DNA of 64,000 bases from Promethearchaeota archaeon. Its GTDB lineage: Archaea; Asgardarchaeota; Lokiarchaeia; Sigyniarchaeales; SOKP01. Made by a program: the position numbers and the translations under genes. This document shows, one piece after another, positions 49,791 through 60,308 of this stretch (position 1 is the first letter of the stretch; each line of letters begins with the position of its first letter). The notes beneath the pieces are model-generated. The model did no database searches. It worked only from the letters and a program-made list of their open reading frames with translations, and had not been told where the DNA came from. Location of the stretch: the NCBI GenBank assembly GCA_019057795.1, contig JAHLWS010000049.1, forward strand, positions 64,001 to 128,000. The letters are read 5' to 3'.

Positions 49791-50009
49791 TATTAAAAAC
49801 TTAATTGTTTTATTTCTGTTTCTATTAAATTATTCTTAATAGATCCTTATTGCTTTTATAATTAACTACCCATTCTGTATAAAGGAACTAAGTAGCGATA
49901 TGGTTTTCTGTTTAAGATACGGGAAAAATATAAATAAATAAAACTCAAAATCTTTAAAATTCTTTCTTTCGAATTCATTTTACAATCGCTTTAGTGAAGA
50001 TATAATTTT

Positions 50010-50045
50010 AACTTTAAATGGGCAATCAACGGAATTGATATTGTT
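50010..50045 (+). repeat. Copy 1 (core only) of the small-gene 3'-end repeat
   Basis: TTAAATGGGCAATCAACGGAATTGATAT identical to copy 2. Confidence 0.85.
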
Positions 50046-50075
50046 ACAAAGTTGTAAATGCCTCTGAAATTAAAG

Positions 50076-50098
50076 AAGACTAAACGAGGTTTAGTCTT
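50076..50098. terminator. Perfect 10-bp hairpin downstream of the amidohydrolase gene
   Basis: AAGACTAAAC-GAG-GTTTAGTCTT. Confidence 0.5.
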
Positions 50099-50101
50099 TT
50101 T

Positions 50102-50965
50102 CTATTCAATATTTAACAATCTTTGAGCATTTAATCCCATAATTTTATCAATTTCATCCTTAGTTAGAAAATTAGCAGTTTTAAAATAATTTGCAGCAAT
50201 TTCAATCATTTCTGGGATAAACCCATCCGATCCAAATAATATTTTATCCAATCCAATAAGTTCTTTAGCATATAGCAGAAAGTCCTTTAAACGATTTGGC
50301 ATCATATAGGTCATATTGCTAATATCTAAATATATATTGGGATATTGAACCGCTAAGGCAAGAGCATTATCAACCCAAGGATATCCCATATGCGCTATGA
50401 TAATTTTAGCATCCGAAAATGAATTAATATACTCATCAATAACAATAGGATTAGAAAAAGTTAATACGCTTTTCTGAGTTCCAGGTGGAGGATAACCCGT
50501 ATGGAATAGGACAGGTAATTTATGTTCATGCGCCATTTCTAAAACAGGATATAAGATTTTGTCATTCAATTTCTTTTTCCTAAAAGATACCATTATTTTA
50601 AATCCTTTATAATTGTCCTCTAAAATTGCCTTTTCTATAATGTCTTTTATACTTTTACTATCATCCAGCCTTTCCGGTGGATTGAAGAAAGGGATTATGA
50701 TATCAGGTGCGTTCCTTGCCCACTCCCTTACAACCACATTTTCCTTTTCACTTACTGGGAGCATAACTGCCTTATCTATTTTTACTCTTTCTAAATGATA
50801 TAATGTTTTCTCTATGATATCATCTGTGTTGATAGTATTAATCCCTTCCAGCATTTTAAGAACTCTTTTGTAGAACCCGTAGCCGCTAAACTTTTGATTA
50901 TATAACTTAAATGCCTGAAATGCGTTAACATTAAGAAAAATATGACAGTGGAAATCTATCCTCAA
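50102..50965 (-). CDS. Amidohydrolase_2 family metal-dependent hydrolase
   Basis: DFHCH, LFHTG, AHMGYPW, ILFGSD. Confidence 0.9.
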   Translation of the reverse strand: MRIDFHCHIFLNVNAFQAFKLYNQKFSGYGFYKRVLKMLEGINTINTDDIIEKTLYHLERVKIDKAVMLPVSEKENVVVREWARNAPDIIIPFFNPPERLDDSKSIKDIIEKAILEDNYKGFKIMVSFRKKKLNDKILYPVLEMAHEHKLPVLFHTGYPPPGTQKSVLTFSNPIVIDEYINSFSDAKIIIAHMGYPWVDNALALAVQYPNIYLDISNMTYMMPNRLKDFLLYAKELIGLDKILFGSDGFIPEMIEIAANYFKTANFLTKDEIDKIMGLNAQRLLNIE

Positions 50966-51322
50966 GTTAAATCAACTTTATTATACATTATTATAGAAAT
51001 AATAACAATATAGATTTGAAAAATCTTAGCAATATTATCAATATTATATTTAACCGCTTAAAAAATAGTTATAGAAATAAAGGAAGGCATGTAGTAAACC
51101 CTACCATGATCTCCCCTCCAATCAGCATAATAGGCGGTAATTTGGATAAAATTGGATTTAGGGAAAGTAAGAATAATCCAAATCTATTTTACAAGCAGAT
51201 AAATGATAGTGAATAAAAAAGAGTAATGTTTGCTGATTTAAGAGGTACTTATATTATATAGAAAAAATAGAATTAAAGAATAAAATGAATAAAAAGAAAA
51301 AATAAATTTAATTATTTTTGAT

Positions 51323-51649
51323 CTATAATTCAGGCATTTTAAGTCCTACAAGTGGTAATGCCTCTACTCCTGACAAGTAAAATTCCATTTCAATTTTATA
51401 TCCCTCAATTTCAGAGTAAATGAGTATTTGCTTGTAAGCTAGATCCATGAATTCCTTTAATTTCCCTTCTTTTATTTCAGAAATCGTAAAGGATTTCATT
51501 CCTTCTGTTGTTGTTCTTACGCCTACGCGTACAATAACTTTTGATATACTTTTATCCGGAGGAAATTGTTTCAAGACTTCAAGATATTTTTTCCCTACTT
51601 CAGCGGCTTTACTTGTTGGAAACCAAGATGTAGATACAACCATAACCAT
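51323..51649 (-). CDS. Small hypothetical protein (ferredoxin-like alpha/beta pattern)
   Basis: GGTGA RBS; MVMVVSTSWFPTSKAAEVGKKYLE. Confidence 0.65.
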   Translation of the reverse strand: MVMVVSTSWFPTSKAAEVGKKYLEVLKQFPPDKSISKVIVRVGVRTTTEGMKSFTISEIKEGKLKEFMDLAYKQILIYSEIEGYKIEMEFYLSGVEALPLVGLKMPEL

Positions 51650-51936
51650 AATTCTCACCTTTGGGTAATTTTAATTTGATTGATAATTAGATTTTGTATT
51701 AATAATTAAACTTGATAATAATTTAAATCTTACTATTTTGTCAAATTATTCAGTTCAAAAAGAAGTAAAAAAGAATCTGAACCTCTAAAAAATTATATAG
51801 CGCCTCTACATCCTTTACAGTTAGTTCAAAATGTACTAATCTTGGCATTCATTACACAATATAAATTGTTAAGTTATGGTTCTCCAGTTAATTTAAAAAA
51901 CTTTTCATTATAAGTAATTTTAAAAAATTTTATAAC

Positions 51937-52025
51937 AACTTAAATGGGCAATCAACGGAATTGATATAGTCGGGTGTGGACTCTCTCAAAATATCAGTAA
52001 AAAATTAAAAGAAAAATAGAAAGAA
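51937..52025 (+). repeat. Copy 2: 3' end (27 codons including stop, plus tail) of the 56580 gene, without its 5' part
   Basis: Aligns to 56722-56810; all coding differences are synonymous. Confidence 0.9.
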
Positions 52026-52149
52026 AAACTAAACCATAGAAAAAATGCAGAATATTTATTAAAAAACTTTGAACCGAAGCGCTAACAGGACTTAACATTG
52101 AGAGTTTTTTTCACGAGATCGCACACAATTTAATGTAATGAAAAATTGA

Positions 52150-53679
52150 TTATTTTCTCCCCAATTTTTTTGCTGATTCTGTGATCGCGATTCCTCCTAA
52201 TGAAGTACAACGTAATTGAGAGGGTAACATCTTACCGCTCTCAAACGATGCTTGGATTGAATCATCAAGATTTATTGGATTATTATAACCACCTATAATA
52301 AGATCAGCACAAATAAACGCATTTGACGCTGCCACTGCATTTCTAGTATGACAAGGGATTTCACAGAATCCCGCAACAAGATCGCATACAGATCCCATTG
52401 TGTTTTGCAATGCAATCGCTGCCGCTTCTGTGGCTGCTGTAGGACTACCATTAGCAGCTTCGATCACTGATGCCGCTGCCATTGCTCCAGCCATTCCTAT
52501 CTCAACTTGACATCCCGCTATTTCAGCAGCAAAAGTTGAATTCATGCCGTTTATTAAACCAATCACTCCTGCTGCAAGTGCACATTTAATAATCTTATTC
52601 ATATTAATATTACAATCGTAATGGAGTGTATAAAGAACAGAAGCAATAACACCACAAGAAGCGCCTGTAGGGGCCGCACAGATCAGCCCCCCTGAAGAAG
52701 CTGTATCCATAGCTGCCATAGCCCTATAAGCACTTCTTAAATTAATTCCAGAACTGAAAAGCAGATTCTCTTTTTTTTGGATATTACTTGCAGAATGCTC
52801 CAATAATTTCATACGCGAATTTTTCTTTTCCAAACCCTTTTCAATAGAAGAAAACATTACTAAAATCCTTTTTTCCATTTCTTCTAAAATGGATTTTTCA
52901 TCTACGTTCAATAAATCTGATTCGTACATAAGCCCAAGCTCTCCGAGAGAATACTTATTCTCAACTGCAAGCTTTAGCATCTCAAAGCTATTTTTAAACA
53001 ACGGAGTCCCATGAATCGGAAAAAGTATAGGTTGAGTAGTCCAGATATTAGAAATATAATCTAGAGATTTTAATTTATTAACAAATTCATCTTTAAACTT
53101 ATTTGGATTCTTTAGTTGAATAAAAGAATACCTCTCATCATCTTGGATATGTATTTTTTCTGGAGAATTAGAAAATGATTGAATTAAATTCAGTAGTTCT
53201 TCCTTGGAATTCGTAAGAAATTCGATTAATATATTATAATTACTTCCTTTAAGCTTAACTTTCCACCTATTAATCTTTTCTATCAGAATCATGCCTCCTC
53301 CTATGGATTTCGCTACTATTGTTAATTTCTTAGCAGGAATATTAATTGACATATAGTTTGGATGATCTGCTTCAGGAATATCTTTAGAATCGAAGATACT
53401 TCTAATTCCTTCTTCACTGGCTACATTTTTAGAATTAAAAAAGTCAGGATCATCAACAGCTAAATTAAGTATCCCTGATAAGAACGCAACATCTCCATTT
53501 TGAGATTTATATGTCTTATCAAAAGAACCCTTTGAATCAAATGTAATATGAATTTCCTTTATTTCGTTCTCACATAATATACGGGTCAACCGACCAATAC
53601 TATAGGAAGCAGCGGTATGAGAACTACTAGGCCCACGCAGAATTGGCCCTAATACATCGTTTAATATACTTATCTTCAT
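52150..53679 (-). CDS. Fe-S-dependent L-serine ammonia-lyase, fused beta+alpha
   Basis: GPSSSHTA, SIGGG, AAPTGASCG, AGCQVE, CDLVAGFCEIPC..RN, RCTSLGG. Confidence 0.88.
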   Translation of the reverse strand: MKISILNDVLGPILRGPSSSHTAASYSIGRLTRILCENEIKEIHITFDSKGSFDKTYKSQNGDVAFLSGILNLAVDDPDFFNSKNVASEEGIRSIFDSKDIPEADHPNYMSINIPAKKLTIVAKSIGGGMILIEKINRWKVKLKGSNYNILIEFLTNSKEELLNLIQSFSNSPEKIHIQDDERYSFIQLKNPNKFKDEFVNKLKSLDYISNIWTTQPILFPIHGTPLFKNSFEMLKLAVENKYSLGELGLMYESDLLNVDEKSILEEMEKRILVMFSSIEKGLEKKNSRMKLLEHSASNIQKKENLLFSSGINLRSAYRAMAAMDTASSGGLICAAPTGASCGVIASVLYTLHYDCNINMNKIIKCALAAGVIGLINGMNSTFAAEIAGCQVEIGMAGAMAAASVIEAANGSPTAATEAAAIALQNTMGSVCDLVAGFCEIPCHTRNAVAASNAFICADLIIGGYNNPINLDDSIQASFESGKMLPSQLRCTSLGGIAITESAKKLGRK

Positions 53680-54028
53680 AAATCTTACTCCTTCCGTGTT
53701 TTATAAATAAATTGTGATCGTCTGAAAATCACAGATTAAAGAAAAAAATGGAACAACTAAAAAAAAGAGGTAGAACTTAAAAACGAATAGATTATTAAAA
53801 TTATAAAAATTTTTCAAACTGATCTTAACAGTTCTGAGGCCTTAAGAAACAACTTACAGAGTTTTATTGCAATTCACAGCCGCTTAACCAAAGACACATG
53901 GGGGTAAAATAATGTGAAGGATTCTCAAACGATTGCAGCAGGGCAGATAGATGAAATAGGAGGATACAACGACTTTAGCAGATTGACATCAATCGTGCTA
54001 GGGGGATATCGTGAATTGTATAGAACAA

Positions 54029-54655
54029 TCAGCGCCCAACCAGTTCCTTGATTTTTTTAACCCCTTCCACGGCATCAGATGCATAAGCGTCTGCGCCAAT
54101 CTGTTCGGCAAAACGTTTAGAAACCGGTCCACCGCCAATTATCAGTTTGGTTTTCTCGCGCAATCCTTCTTCATCCATGGTTTTGATGACATCTCCCATC
54201 CCCAACATGGTGGTGGTCAGTAATGCGGACATGCCTAAGACATCAGGTTGATGTTCTTTAACTGCCTGCACAAAACTTTCGGTGTCGTTATCCCTCCCAA
54301 TGTCGATGACTTCGAATCCGGCACTTTTCAGCAGAAAACCGACTAGGTTTTTACCAATATCATGCACGTCACCGGCAACTGTGCCTAAAAGTACCTTACC
54401 CGCCAGTCCTGTTGAGACATCTGCCAGATGCGGTTCCAGCACTTTCATACCTTTGGTAAAGGCCTCACCGGCCATTATCAAATCGCAGAGGAAGAACTCC
54501 CCCTCCTCGAACCGTTCTCCACATCCTTTAAGCCCGGCGTTCATGGCGTTGAACACTTCGTGAGGATTATTGCCAGAATCTAGACTGGATTGAACCAGTT
54601 CTGCAATATCGTATAAATTGCCATCGAGAATGGCTTCTGTAATTGAAGTATACAT
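54029..54655 (-). CDS. Methyltransferase cognate corrinoid protein (MtbC/MttC-like)
   Basis: GDVHDIGKNLV (DxHxxG), MSALLTTTM, GGGP, IGADAY; GGAG RBS before ATG 54655. Confidence 0.92.
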   Translation of the reverse strand: MYTSITEAILDGNLYDIAELVQSSLDSGNNPHEVFNAMNAGLKGCGERFEEGEFFLCDLIMAGEAFTKGMKVLEPHLADVSTGLAGKVLLGTVAGDVHDIGKNLVGFLLKSAGFEVIDIGRDNDTESFVQAVKEHQPDVLGMSALLTTTMLGMGDVIKTMDEEGLREKTKLIIGGGPVSKRFAEQIGADAYASDAVEGVKKIKELVGR

Positions 54656-54656
54656 C

Positions 54657-55853
54657 TTAGTATCTCCCATATTCTTGAACCATTTTAAATAGGTAGTTAA
54701 TGTTCTCCAAATCCGTGCCTGGCGGTACAGCGCTAATCGCAATTAAAAGGGACGTTCGCATTTCTGTAGCCAATGTGCATACCCGCTTGACTAGGGCTTC
54801 GATTTCCTGTTTGGTGGCATCTCTCAGGAACTTGCCATGAATAATATACGCAAAATTCTTCTTGTACTCTTTGGCAAGCTCAAATGCCGGGTGGTCATAC
54901 TCTGGCAAAGTAATACCTTCTGGTGTGGTCGGGAAAATATAGTTTGACCATAAAATCTGATGATTGATCCCAGCCGGTTCGGTCTCGAGGATTTTCCGCA
55001 TTTCCATAGGAGAAGTGCAAGGAGCCACAATTGTTAGTTTCTTCTTGTGATGCAGCCAGACTCTTTCTATATAGGGCAACACATATTTGACATAATCCTG
55101 GCGGCTCATAATCGGGCTGGCAGCATATTGATCCGTCAATGACGCACCGAGGAGTGACAATCCGTATTTGACTGCTAAGTCAAACATCCGGATCGCTGCC
55201 TGGGTGGTCAATTCCATAATTGCAGGGTAAATCTCTGGATCGCCGCGTTTTCTAATTTTCTCTTTCCGAATCGGATCGTCCGTTTCATAATAGTCCTTGT
55301 GAATACGCATATCTAGGGGGAGTTTGTCGTCTCCTCTCAGCAACATTGCCAGATCCCAAGGGCCATCTAGAGTTAGCGTTAGAAATAATTCGGGATGGCG
55401 TCTTTGTATCTCCGAAATCGTATCAAAATACATTTTGAGATGACCCGTAGCTTCCTCTGGAATTTTAATCTTTTGTATGTCTTCTTTACTCTTAATCGGA
55501 TACCCAACTGGGTAAGGCACCCGTTCTTCGGAGATTTTGAATTCCGTACCCATTTCACACGCACCGACTATCATCACACCTTGCCATATCGGCACCATAA
55601 TCATATCGCAATCAAACCGTTCACAAACCAGGTCAGCCAATGCAACATTTGCTTCAGGGCTTTCTACTGTTAATTTCCAGTTATATTTCGGGTCCAACAT
55701 GGATGGTTCGATATTTGTGGCCGCCAGCATTGTCGGTATTCGGTCTGGGAGACCGAATTGGGCTAGCATGAAGCGCTCCAGCCCGTTAAGCTTACCGATA
55801 TGTAATTTGCCCTTAATTAAGGCTTTCAGCATGGTCACTATTAGATTTGGCAT
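54657..55853 (-). CDS. Uroporphyrinogen-decarboxylase-fold (MtaA/MT2-like) protein
   Basis: PDRIP, GPWDLA..LRG, YVLPY, VPPGT..ENI; directly upstream of the corrinoid gene. Confidence 0.75.
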   Translation of the reverse strand: MPNLIVTMLKALIKGKLHIGKLNGLERFMLAQFGLPDRIPTMLAATNIEPSMLDPKYNWKLTVESPEANVALADLVCERFDCDMIMVPIWQGVMIVGACEMGTEFKISEERVPYPVGYPIKSKEDIQKIKIPEEATGHLKMYFDTISEIQRRHPELFLTLTLDGPWDLAMLLRGDDKLPLDMRIHKDYYETDDPIRKEKIRKRGDPEIYPAIMELTTQAAIRMFDLAVKYGLSLLGASLTDQYAASPIMSRQDYVKYVLPYIERVWLHHKKKLTIVAPCTSPMEMRKILETEPAGINHQILWSNYIFPTTPEGITLPEYDHPAFELAKEYKKNFAYIIHGKFLRDATKQEIEALVKRVCTLATEMRTSLLIAISAVPPGTDLENINYLFKMVQEYGRY

Positions 55854-56039
55854 GAAACTACTCCTTTCAACGGAATTATATAATCACCCATTATATTTAA
55901 ATCTATTCAATATTATCAAGTTGAGCAAATAAAGTGGATTATACCCTTGCATACGGGAATGAATCTCTTATAGTAATATAAACAATATTTCAAACTCCAT
56001 TTCTTCCTGAGTTATAAGTTCAATCTCGTCAGATTATTT

Positions 56040-56267
56040 TTATATCTTTTTTAAAAGGGTATGATATTTTTCCAATTCGATATAACAATCACTTACCTTT
56101 TTAAGAACCTCGACAGTTATGTTTTCATTATTTCTTTCCTTATAAAAATCATATGTTTGAAGATATGCTCTTATCGCTTTTTCGAACTTCCTTTCATTAA
56201 ATAATTTATCTCCTTTAAGTAATAACCTAACATAATTCTTTTCTACATTCGTTTCGAATTTCGCCAT
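56040..56267 (-). CDS. Short TPR-like protein, possibly truncated
   Basis: KGDKLF..KFEKAIRAY...VSDCYIELEKY helical-repeat pattern. Confidence 0.45.
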   Translation of the reverse strand: MAKFETNVEKNYVRLLLKGDKLFNERKFEKAIRAYLQTYDFYKERNNENITVEVLKKVSDCYIELEKYHTLLKKI

Positions 56268-56579
56268 GGGAGATTCTAAGGGATTATTTTATATTTAGAC
56301 ACAATGTTTTAATTTGAACTATATAATAAATACATTGTTAAAACTATAACTGAAATCTCATTCATAGAGGTAAACTTATAACAATTTTTTACAGTAAAAG
56401 GGGAAGAAAAGTTGTAAATCCTACTAAAAATCCTATAAAAATCCACGTAAAAAGGTTTCAATATCTTTTGAAACCTAATGATTTTAATTCTTTTACTAAA
56501 CCAAATTTCCAACTCCCTTTACTATCATATATGTACTTATAAAGATAGTAAAAACACAAAAATTTGGAGCTGAGATAAA

Positions 56580-56804
56580 ATAACCGAAAATCACATAAAA
56601 AATGATAAAGAAGAAGTCCCAAAATATGAAACTCTCGATGAACTTATCGCGTTATTACTTGAAGTAAGAGTGGATTTAGCAGTTTTACAGGAATCTGTTA
56701 ATTCGGAATATATAAAAGAAGAACTTAAATGGGCAATTAACGGAATTGATATAGTTGGCTGTGGATTATCTCAAAATATTAGCAAAAAATTAAAAGAAAA
56801 ATAG
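56580..56804 (+). CDS. Unannotated 74-aa helical protein (probable ATA start)
   Basis: GGAG RBS, open frame (I/M)TENHIK...ELKWAINGIDIVGCGLSQNISKKLKEK*; synonymous-only divergence from its duplicated 3' end supports coding. Confidence 0.65.
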   Translation: MTENHIKNDKEEVPKYETLDELIALLLEVRVDLAVLQESVNSEYIKEELKWAINGIDIVGCGLSQNISKKLKEK

Positions 56805-56843
56805 AAAGAATAAAAAAATTAAAGTTAAGTAGATTTACTGAAA

Positions 56844-58529
56844 CTACATCATTGGTGGCATGCCGCCCCCCATTCCCATCCCTGGAGGCATCCCCATCCC
56901 TGGAGGTCCGCCCATCCCCGGAGGCATCCCTGGAGGGCCGCCAGCCGATTTGGTTGCTGCGATAACATCGTCGATGCGTAAAATCATTGAGGCAGCTTCG
57001 GTAGCGCTTTTTATTGCTTGTATTTTTACTATAGTAGGTTCTACAACGCCTATAGCCATCATGTCATCGATTATATCACCAGTTTCTAAATCGTGAGCTG
57101 CAAACTTTTTACCCGCTTGATGAGCAGCTCTCAATTTCATTAACACGTCAATTTGGTCTAATCCCGCGTTTTCTGCTAGCGTTTTCGGGACAATATCTAA
57201 TGCATCGGCAAAAACTTCGACTGCTAGTTGTTCGCGCCCTCCTAGTGTTTGCGCGTATTTTCTTAATTGGATTGCGGCTTCAACTTCCGGAGCTCCACCG
57301 CCGCCAACAATCTTTTGATCTTCGACAACATCTCTTGTTACGCATAAAGCGTCGTGAATAGCCCTCTCAACTTCGTCAATAATAAGTTCAGTTCCACCCC
57401 GTATTAAAATTACAACGGATTTAGGATCTTTACATTCTTCGATGAAAATCCAACTATCGTTCATAATTTTGCGTTCTTCCACTAAGCCAGCGAATCCCAA
57501 TTTGTCTTGAGTTATATCGTTGAGGTTAGTATAAATCATTCCACCAGTAGCTTTAGAGAGTTTTTCTAAATCAGACTTTTTAACGCGTCTTATGGCCATA
57601 ATACCTGCTTTCGAGATGAAGTGTTGAGCCATATCATCGATTCCCTTCTGGCAAATTACTACATTTGCTCCTGAATTCACGATTTTCTCAACCATGGTTC
57701 TGAGCATGCGTTCTTCTTCGTCAAGGAATTGTTGAATTTGTTCTGGGCTCGTTATTTGGAGCTTAGCATCAAATTCTGTTTTTTCAATTTCTATAGCGCT
57801 CTGTAACAAAAGTATCTTTGCATCTTTAGCGATTTTAGGCATTCCTGGGCTAACAACTTCTTTATCCAAGATAATACCTTTAATAAGGGAAGTATCGTCA
57901 ATTGACTCTCCCTCCTTTTTTTGGATTTGAACTTTGTCGATATCAGCGACCCAATCACCATTTGCGCTTTTTTCTGCTATTGATATAATTGCCTCGATAC
58001 AAATTTCGGCTAGCATCTCTTTTGATTCAGAAACAAGTTTAGAAGACATACAAGTCATTGCAGAGTTCTTTAATCCTACCTTATCGTCAATTCCGCTTTT
58101 TATTGACATTTCTTCTAAGACTTCAATCGCTTTTTCAGCAGCTTTTCGGAATCCCTCAGTAATAACTGTTGGGTGAATTTTTTGTTCTATAAGTTTTTCT
58201 GCGCGCTTTAATAGTTCACCAGCAAGGATCACAGAAGTAGTTGTACCATCGCCTACTTCTGAATCTTGAGTTTTAGCAACTTCGACCATCATTTTAGCTG
58301 CAGGATGTTGTACATCGATTTCTTTTAGAATTGTTGCTCCGTCGTTTGTGATAACTACGTCACCAAACTGATCAACAAGCATTTTGTCCATTCCACGTGG
58401 TCCTAACGAGGTTCGCACTGCTTCAGCTATAACTTTTGCTGCTGCGATGTTGTTATGCATTGCGTCTCTTCCACGAGTTCTCTCAGTACCTTCCCGCATT
58501 ATAAAAATAGGTTGTCCGCTTAATCCCAT
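56844..58529 (-). CDS. ths: Thermosome (group II chaperonin) subunit
   Basis: [24 protein letters not shown]-terminal GPPGM/GGM tail. Confidence 0.97.
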   Translation of the reverse strand: MGLSGQPIFIMREGTERTRGRDAMHNNIAAAKVIAEAVRTSLGPRGMDKMLVDQFGDVVITNDGATILKEIDVQHPAAKMMVEVAKTQDSEVGDGTTTSVILAGELLKRAEKLIEQKIHPTVITEGFRKAAEKAIEVLEEMSIKSGIDDKVGLKNSAMTCMSSKLVSESKEMLAEICIEAIISIAEKSANGDWVADIDKVQIQKKEGESIDDTSLIKGIILDKEVVSPGMPKIAKDAKILLLQSAIEIEKTEFDAKLQITSPEQIQQFLDEEERMLRTMVEKIVNSGANVVICQKGIDDMAQHFISKAGIMAIRRVKKSDLEKLSKATGGMIYTNLNDITQDKLGFAGLVEERKIMNDSWIFIEECKDPKSVVILIRGGTELIIDEVERAIHDALCVTRDVVEDQKIVGGGGAPEVEAAIQLRKYAQTLGGREQLAVEVFADALDIVPKTLAENAGLDQIDVLMKLRAAHQAGKKFAAHDLETGDIIDDMMAIGVVEPTIVKIQAIKSATEAASMILRIDDVIAATKSAGGPPGMPPGMGGPPGMGMPPGMGMGGGMPPMM

Positions 58530-58723
58530 ATTTAATTCACACTATATTGATTTTTTTATAATATTTTTATTTATTTATATATAATGATCTCTAAGTCATA
58601 AAATTAAAAAAGTTTACGAAAATATGATAAAATAATATTTTTTCTAATTTAAGACAAAAAACAATAATAATTTCATTAGCAAAATTGCATAAATAGATTT
58701 AAAATTTTAAAGTTATTAGAAAA

Positions 58724-58885
58724 TTATTTAGTTAACTCTCTTTTCTTTGGCCGCAAATCTTTAGACCTGCATCTGCGACACTTTTTTGCTTTGATAGGAT
58801 TCAGAGCCCCGCATTTACGGCACACGCTTTTCATTAATAAATGATATCTGGCAATCTTTCTTTTATATAGGTCATCAATGGGCAA
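58724..58885 (-). CDS. rpl40e: 50S ribosomal protein L40e (53 aa, TTG start; below ORF-track cutoff)
   Basis: MPIDD...VCRKCGALNPIKAKKCRRCRSKDLRPKK; GAGGAG RBS. Confidence 0.93.
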   Translation of the reverse strand: MPIDDLYKRKIARYHLLMKSVCRKCGALNPIKAKKCRRCRSKDLRPKKRELTK

Positions 58886-58907
58886 ACTTTAATCTCCTCG
58901 ATTTTTT

Positions 58908-59047
58908 ACTCGTTTTAGTTAATTTACTAATTACTTTAGTACATTACTATTCAAAATTTTTTCTTTTATTGATTAATCACGTATCGATAAAAGAACATTT
59001 TGGAAAACATTCTAAAGCTAAAAAATTTTTAGTTTTTGCTTTCGAGT
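58908..59047 (+). ncRNA. Candidate structured RNA / ribosomal-protein leader (three hairpins closed by ACTCG/CGAGT)
   Basis: Hairpins at 58925-58941, 58950-59004 and 59014-59036; G-U wobbles favour the plus strand. Confidence 0.3.
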
Positions 59048-59135
59048 TATTTTTCAAATGAAAAAATTAAAATTTTATAATTAATAATTCAAAATATAAT
59101 AAAATATTATAAATTTCAAAGCTAGATGAATTAAG

Positions 59136-59330
59136 TTGCCAAAAGAGATATTTGACGAAGCGAGGTTTTTAGAGTTATCAGAGCGAGCTTTTCACTGTAG
59201 GGTTAAAAGGTCGAAAGATGTGGTGAAGTTAAAGCTTAGGACAAAACGACATCTTTTCACTTTTAAAACTGATCCAGCTACTGCTGATAGACTTGTAAAA
59301 AGCATTGGTTGTGATATCATCGAGCTATAA
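59136..59330 (+). CDS. rpl38e: Ribosomal protein L38e
   Basis: MPKEI....FLE....A...RVK.....KLKLRTKRHLFT. Confidence 0.9.
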   Translation: MPKEIFDEARFLELSERAFHCRVKRSKDVVKLKLRTKRHLFTFKTDPATADRLVKSIGCDIIEL

Positions 59331-59365
59331 ATAGATGATATATTAATTTTTATGGTTCAAAGTTA

Positions 59366-59875
59366 ATGAAAAAACTTCCAGCGTGTAAAACATGTGTTAG
59401 TTCCGGATTTTATTGCACTAGTTGTCAAGATAAACTAGATGCGGGAGTACTTACTCAGTTTGAGTTAGATTTAGCGAAGGATTTACTTAAATTGGAAGAA
59501 AGCGAAAATTTTGGGTTTTTAAGCGACATTTCTTTCTATAACGCTATTGATTTTGAGGATGTAGTAATCTTAGTGGTTGGTAGGAGAGATAAGATCAAAA
59601 TTAAACAAAATTTGGTTGATTGGATAAAGGAAACTTACGAAATAGACGAATTAATCTTAATTGAGCAAACTAAAAGCCCAAGGCCCGCTTTAGAAAGTTT
59701 AATTTCTCCTTATAAATTATTTTCATTAAACGAGATTTTTTTAGCTACTGGGGATATTGAATTTAAAGGCGTTCTTAATAAAACCGATCAAGACGTAATA
59801 TTATTTACCCAAGAAGAGCTTGAAGAGTTAGTTTTAGAACTTACTGGTAATGTAATTCGCATTGAATTTATATAA
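59366..59875 (+). CDS. Archaeal NusA-like transcription factor with N-terminal Zn motif
   Basis: LPACKTC...YCTSCQDKL..G; usual position before pth2-truD. Confidence 0.65.
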   Translation: MKKLPACKTCVSSGFYCTSCQDKLDAGVLTQFELDLAKDLLKLEESENFGFLSDISFYNAIDFEDVVILVVGRRDKIKIKQNLVDWIKETYEIDELILIEQTKSPRPALESLISPYKLFSLNEIFLATGDIEFKGVLNKTDQDVILFTQEELEELVLELTGNVIRIEFI

Positions 59876-59927
59876 TTCTAAAGAATTTATTTCTTAATTT
59901 CTTAATACTAAGTAGGTTTAAATTATT

Positions 59928-60284
59928 ATGGATGAATATAAACAAGTTATCTTAATTAGGACAGATTTAAAAATGGGTACTGGTAAAAAGTGCGCTCAAT
60001 CGTGTCATGCTTCAATATCGGCTTCAGATTTAGTTAGAACGAAAAATAAAGCAGTTTGGAAAAATTGGAAGAATACAGGCCAAAAGAAAGTAGTTCTAAG
60101 AGTGAGTGGCATGGAGGATTTGAGAGATATAGTTATTCAATTAGAAAAAAATAACATAATGTACTTTTTAGTGAAGGACGCTGGATTAACGCAACTGACT
60201 CCTGGAACCACAACAGCTCTTGGTATCGGACCTACACTATCAAAATCTATAGATAAAATAACTGGAGATTTAAAGTTATTGTAA
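59928..60284 (+). CDS. pth2: Peptidyl-tRNA hydrolase 2
   Basis: [30 protein letters not shown]. Confidence 0.95.
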   Translation: MDEYKQVILIRTDLKMGTGKKCAQSCHASISASDLVRTKNKAVWKNWKNTGQKKVVLRVSGMEDLRDIVIQLEKNNIMYFLVKDAGLTQLTPGTTTALGIGPTLSKSIDKITGDLKLL

Positions 60285-60308
60285 TTTAACACTTTCAGGC
60301 TAAATAAA

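Noticed and set aside
51016-51216. 66-aa plus-strand ORF and other short ORFs overlapping larger genes on the opposite strand
   Set aside because: No motifs or RBS; consistent with chance or shadow ORFs in AT-rich DNA
53821-54051. Coding-like plus-strand stretch with an internal stop at the edge of the high-GC block
   Set aside because: No recognisable family; cannot be supported as a pseudogene without a search
50010-56810. The ~30-bp repeat as a CRISPR array
   Set aside because: Copies are kilobases apart, derive from coding sequence, and there are no cas genes
56850-56945. GC-rich short repeats
   Set aside because: They encode the ordinary Gly/Pro/Met chaperonin tail
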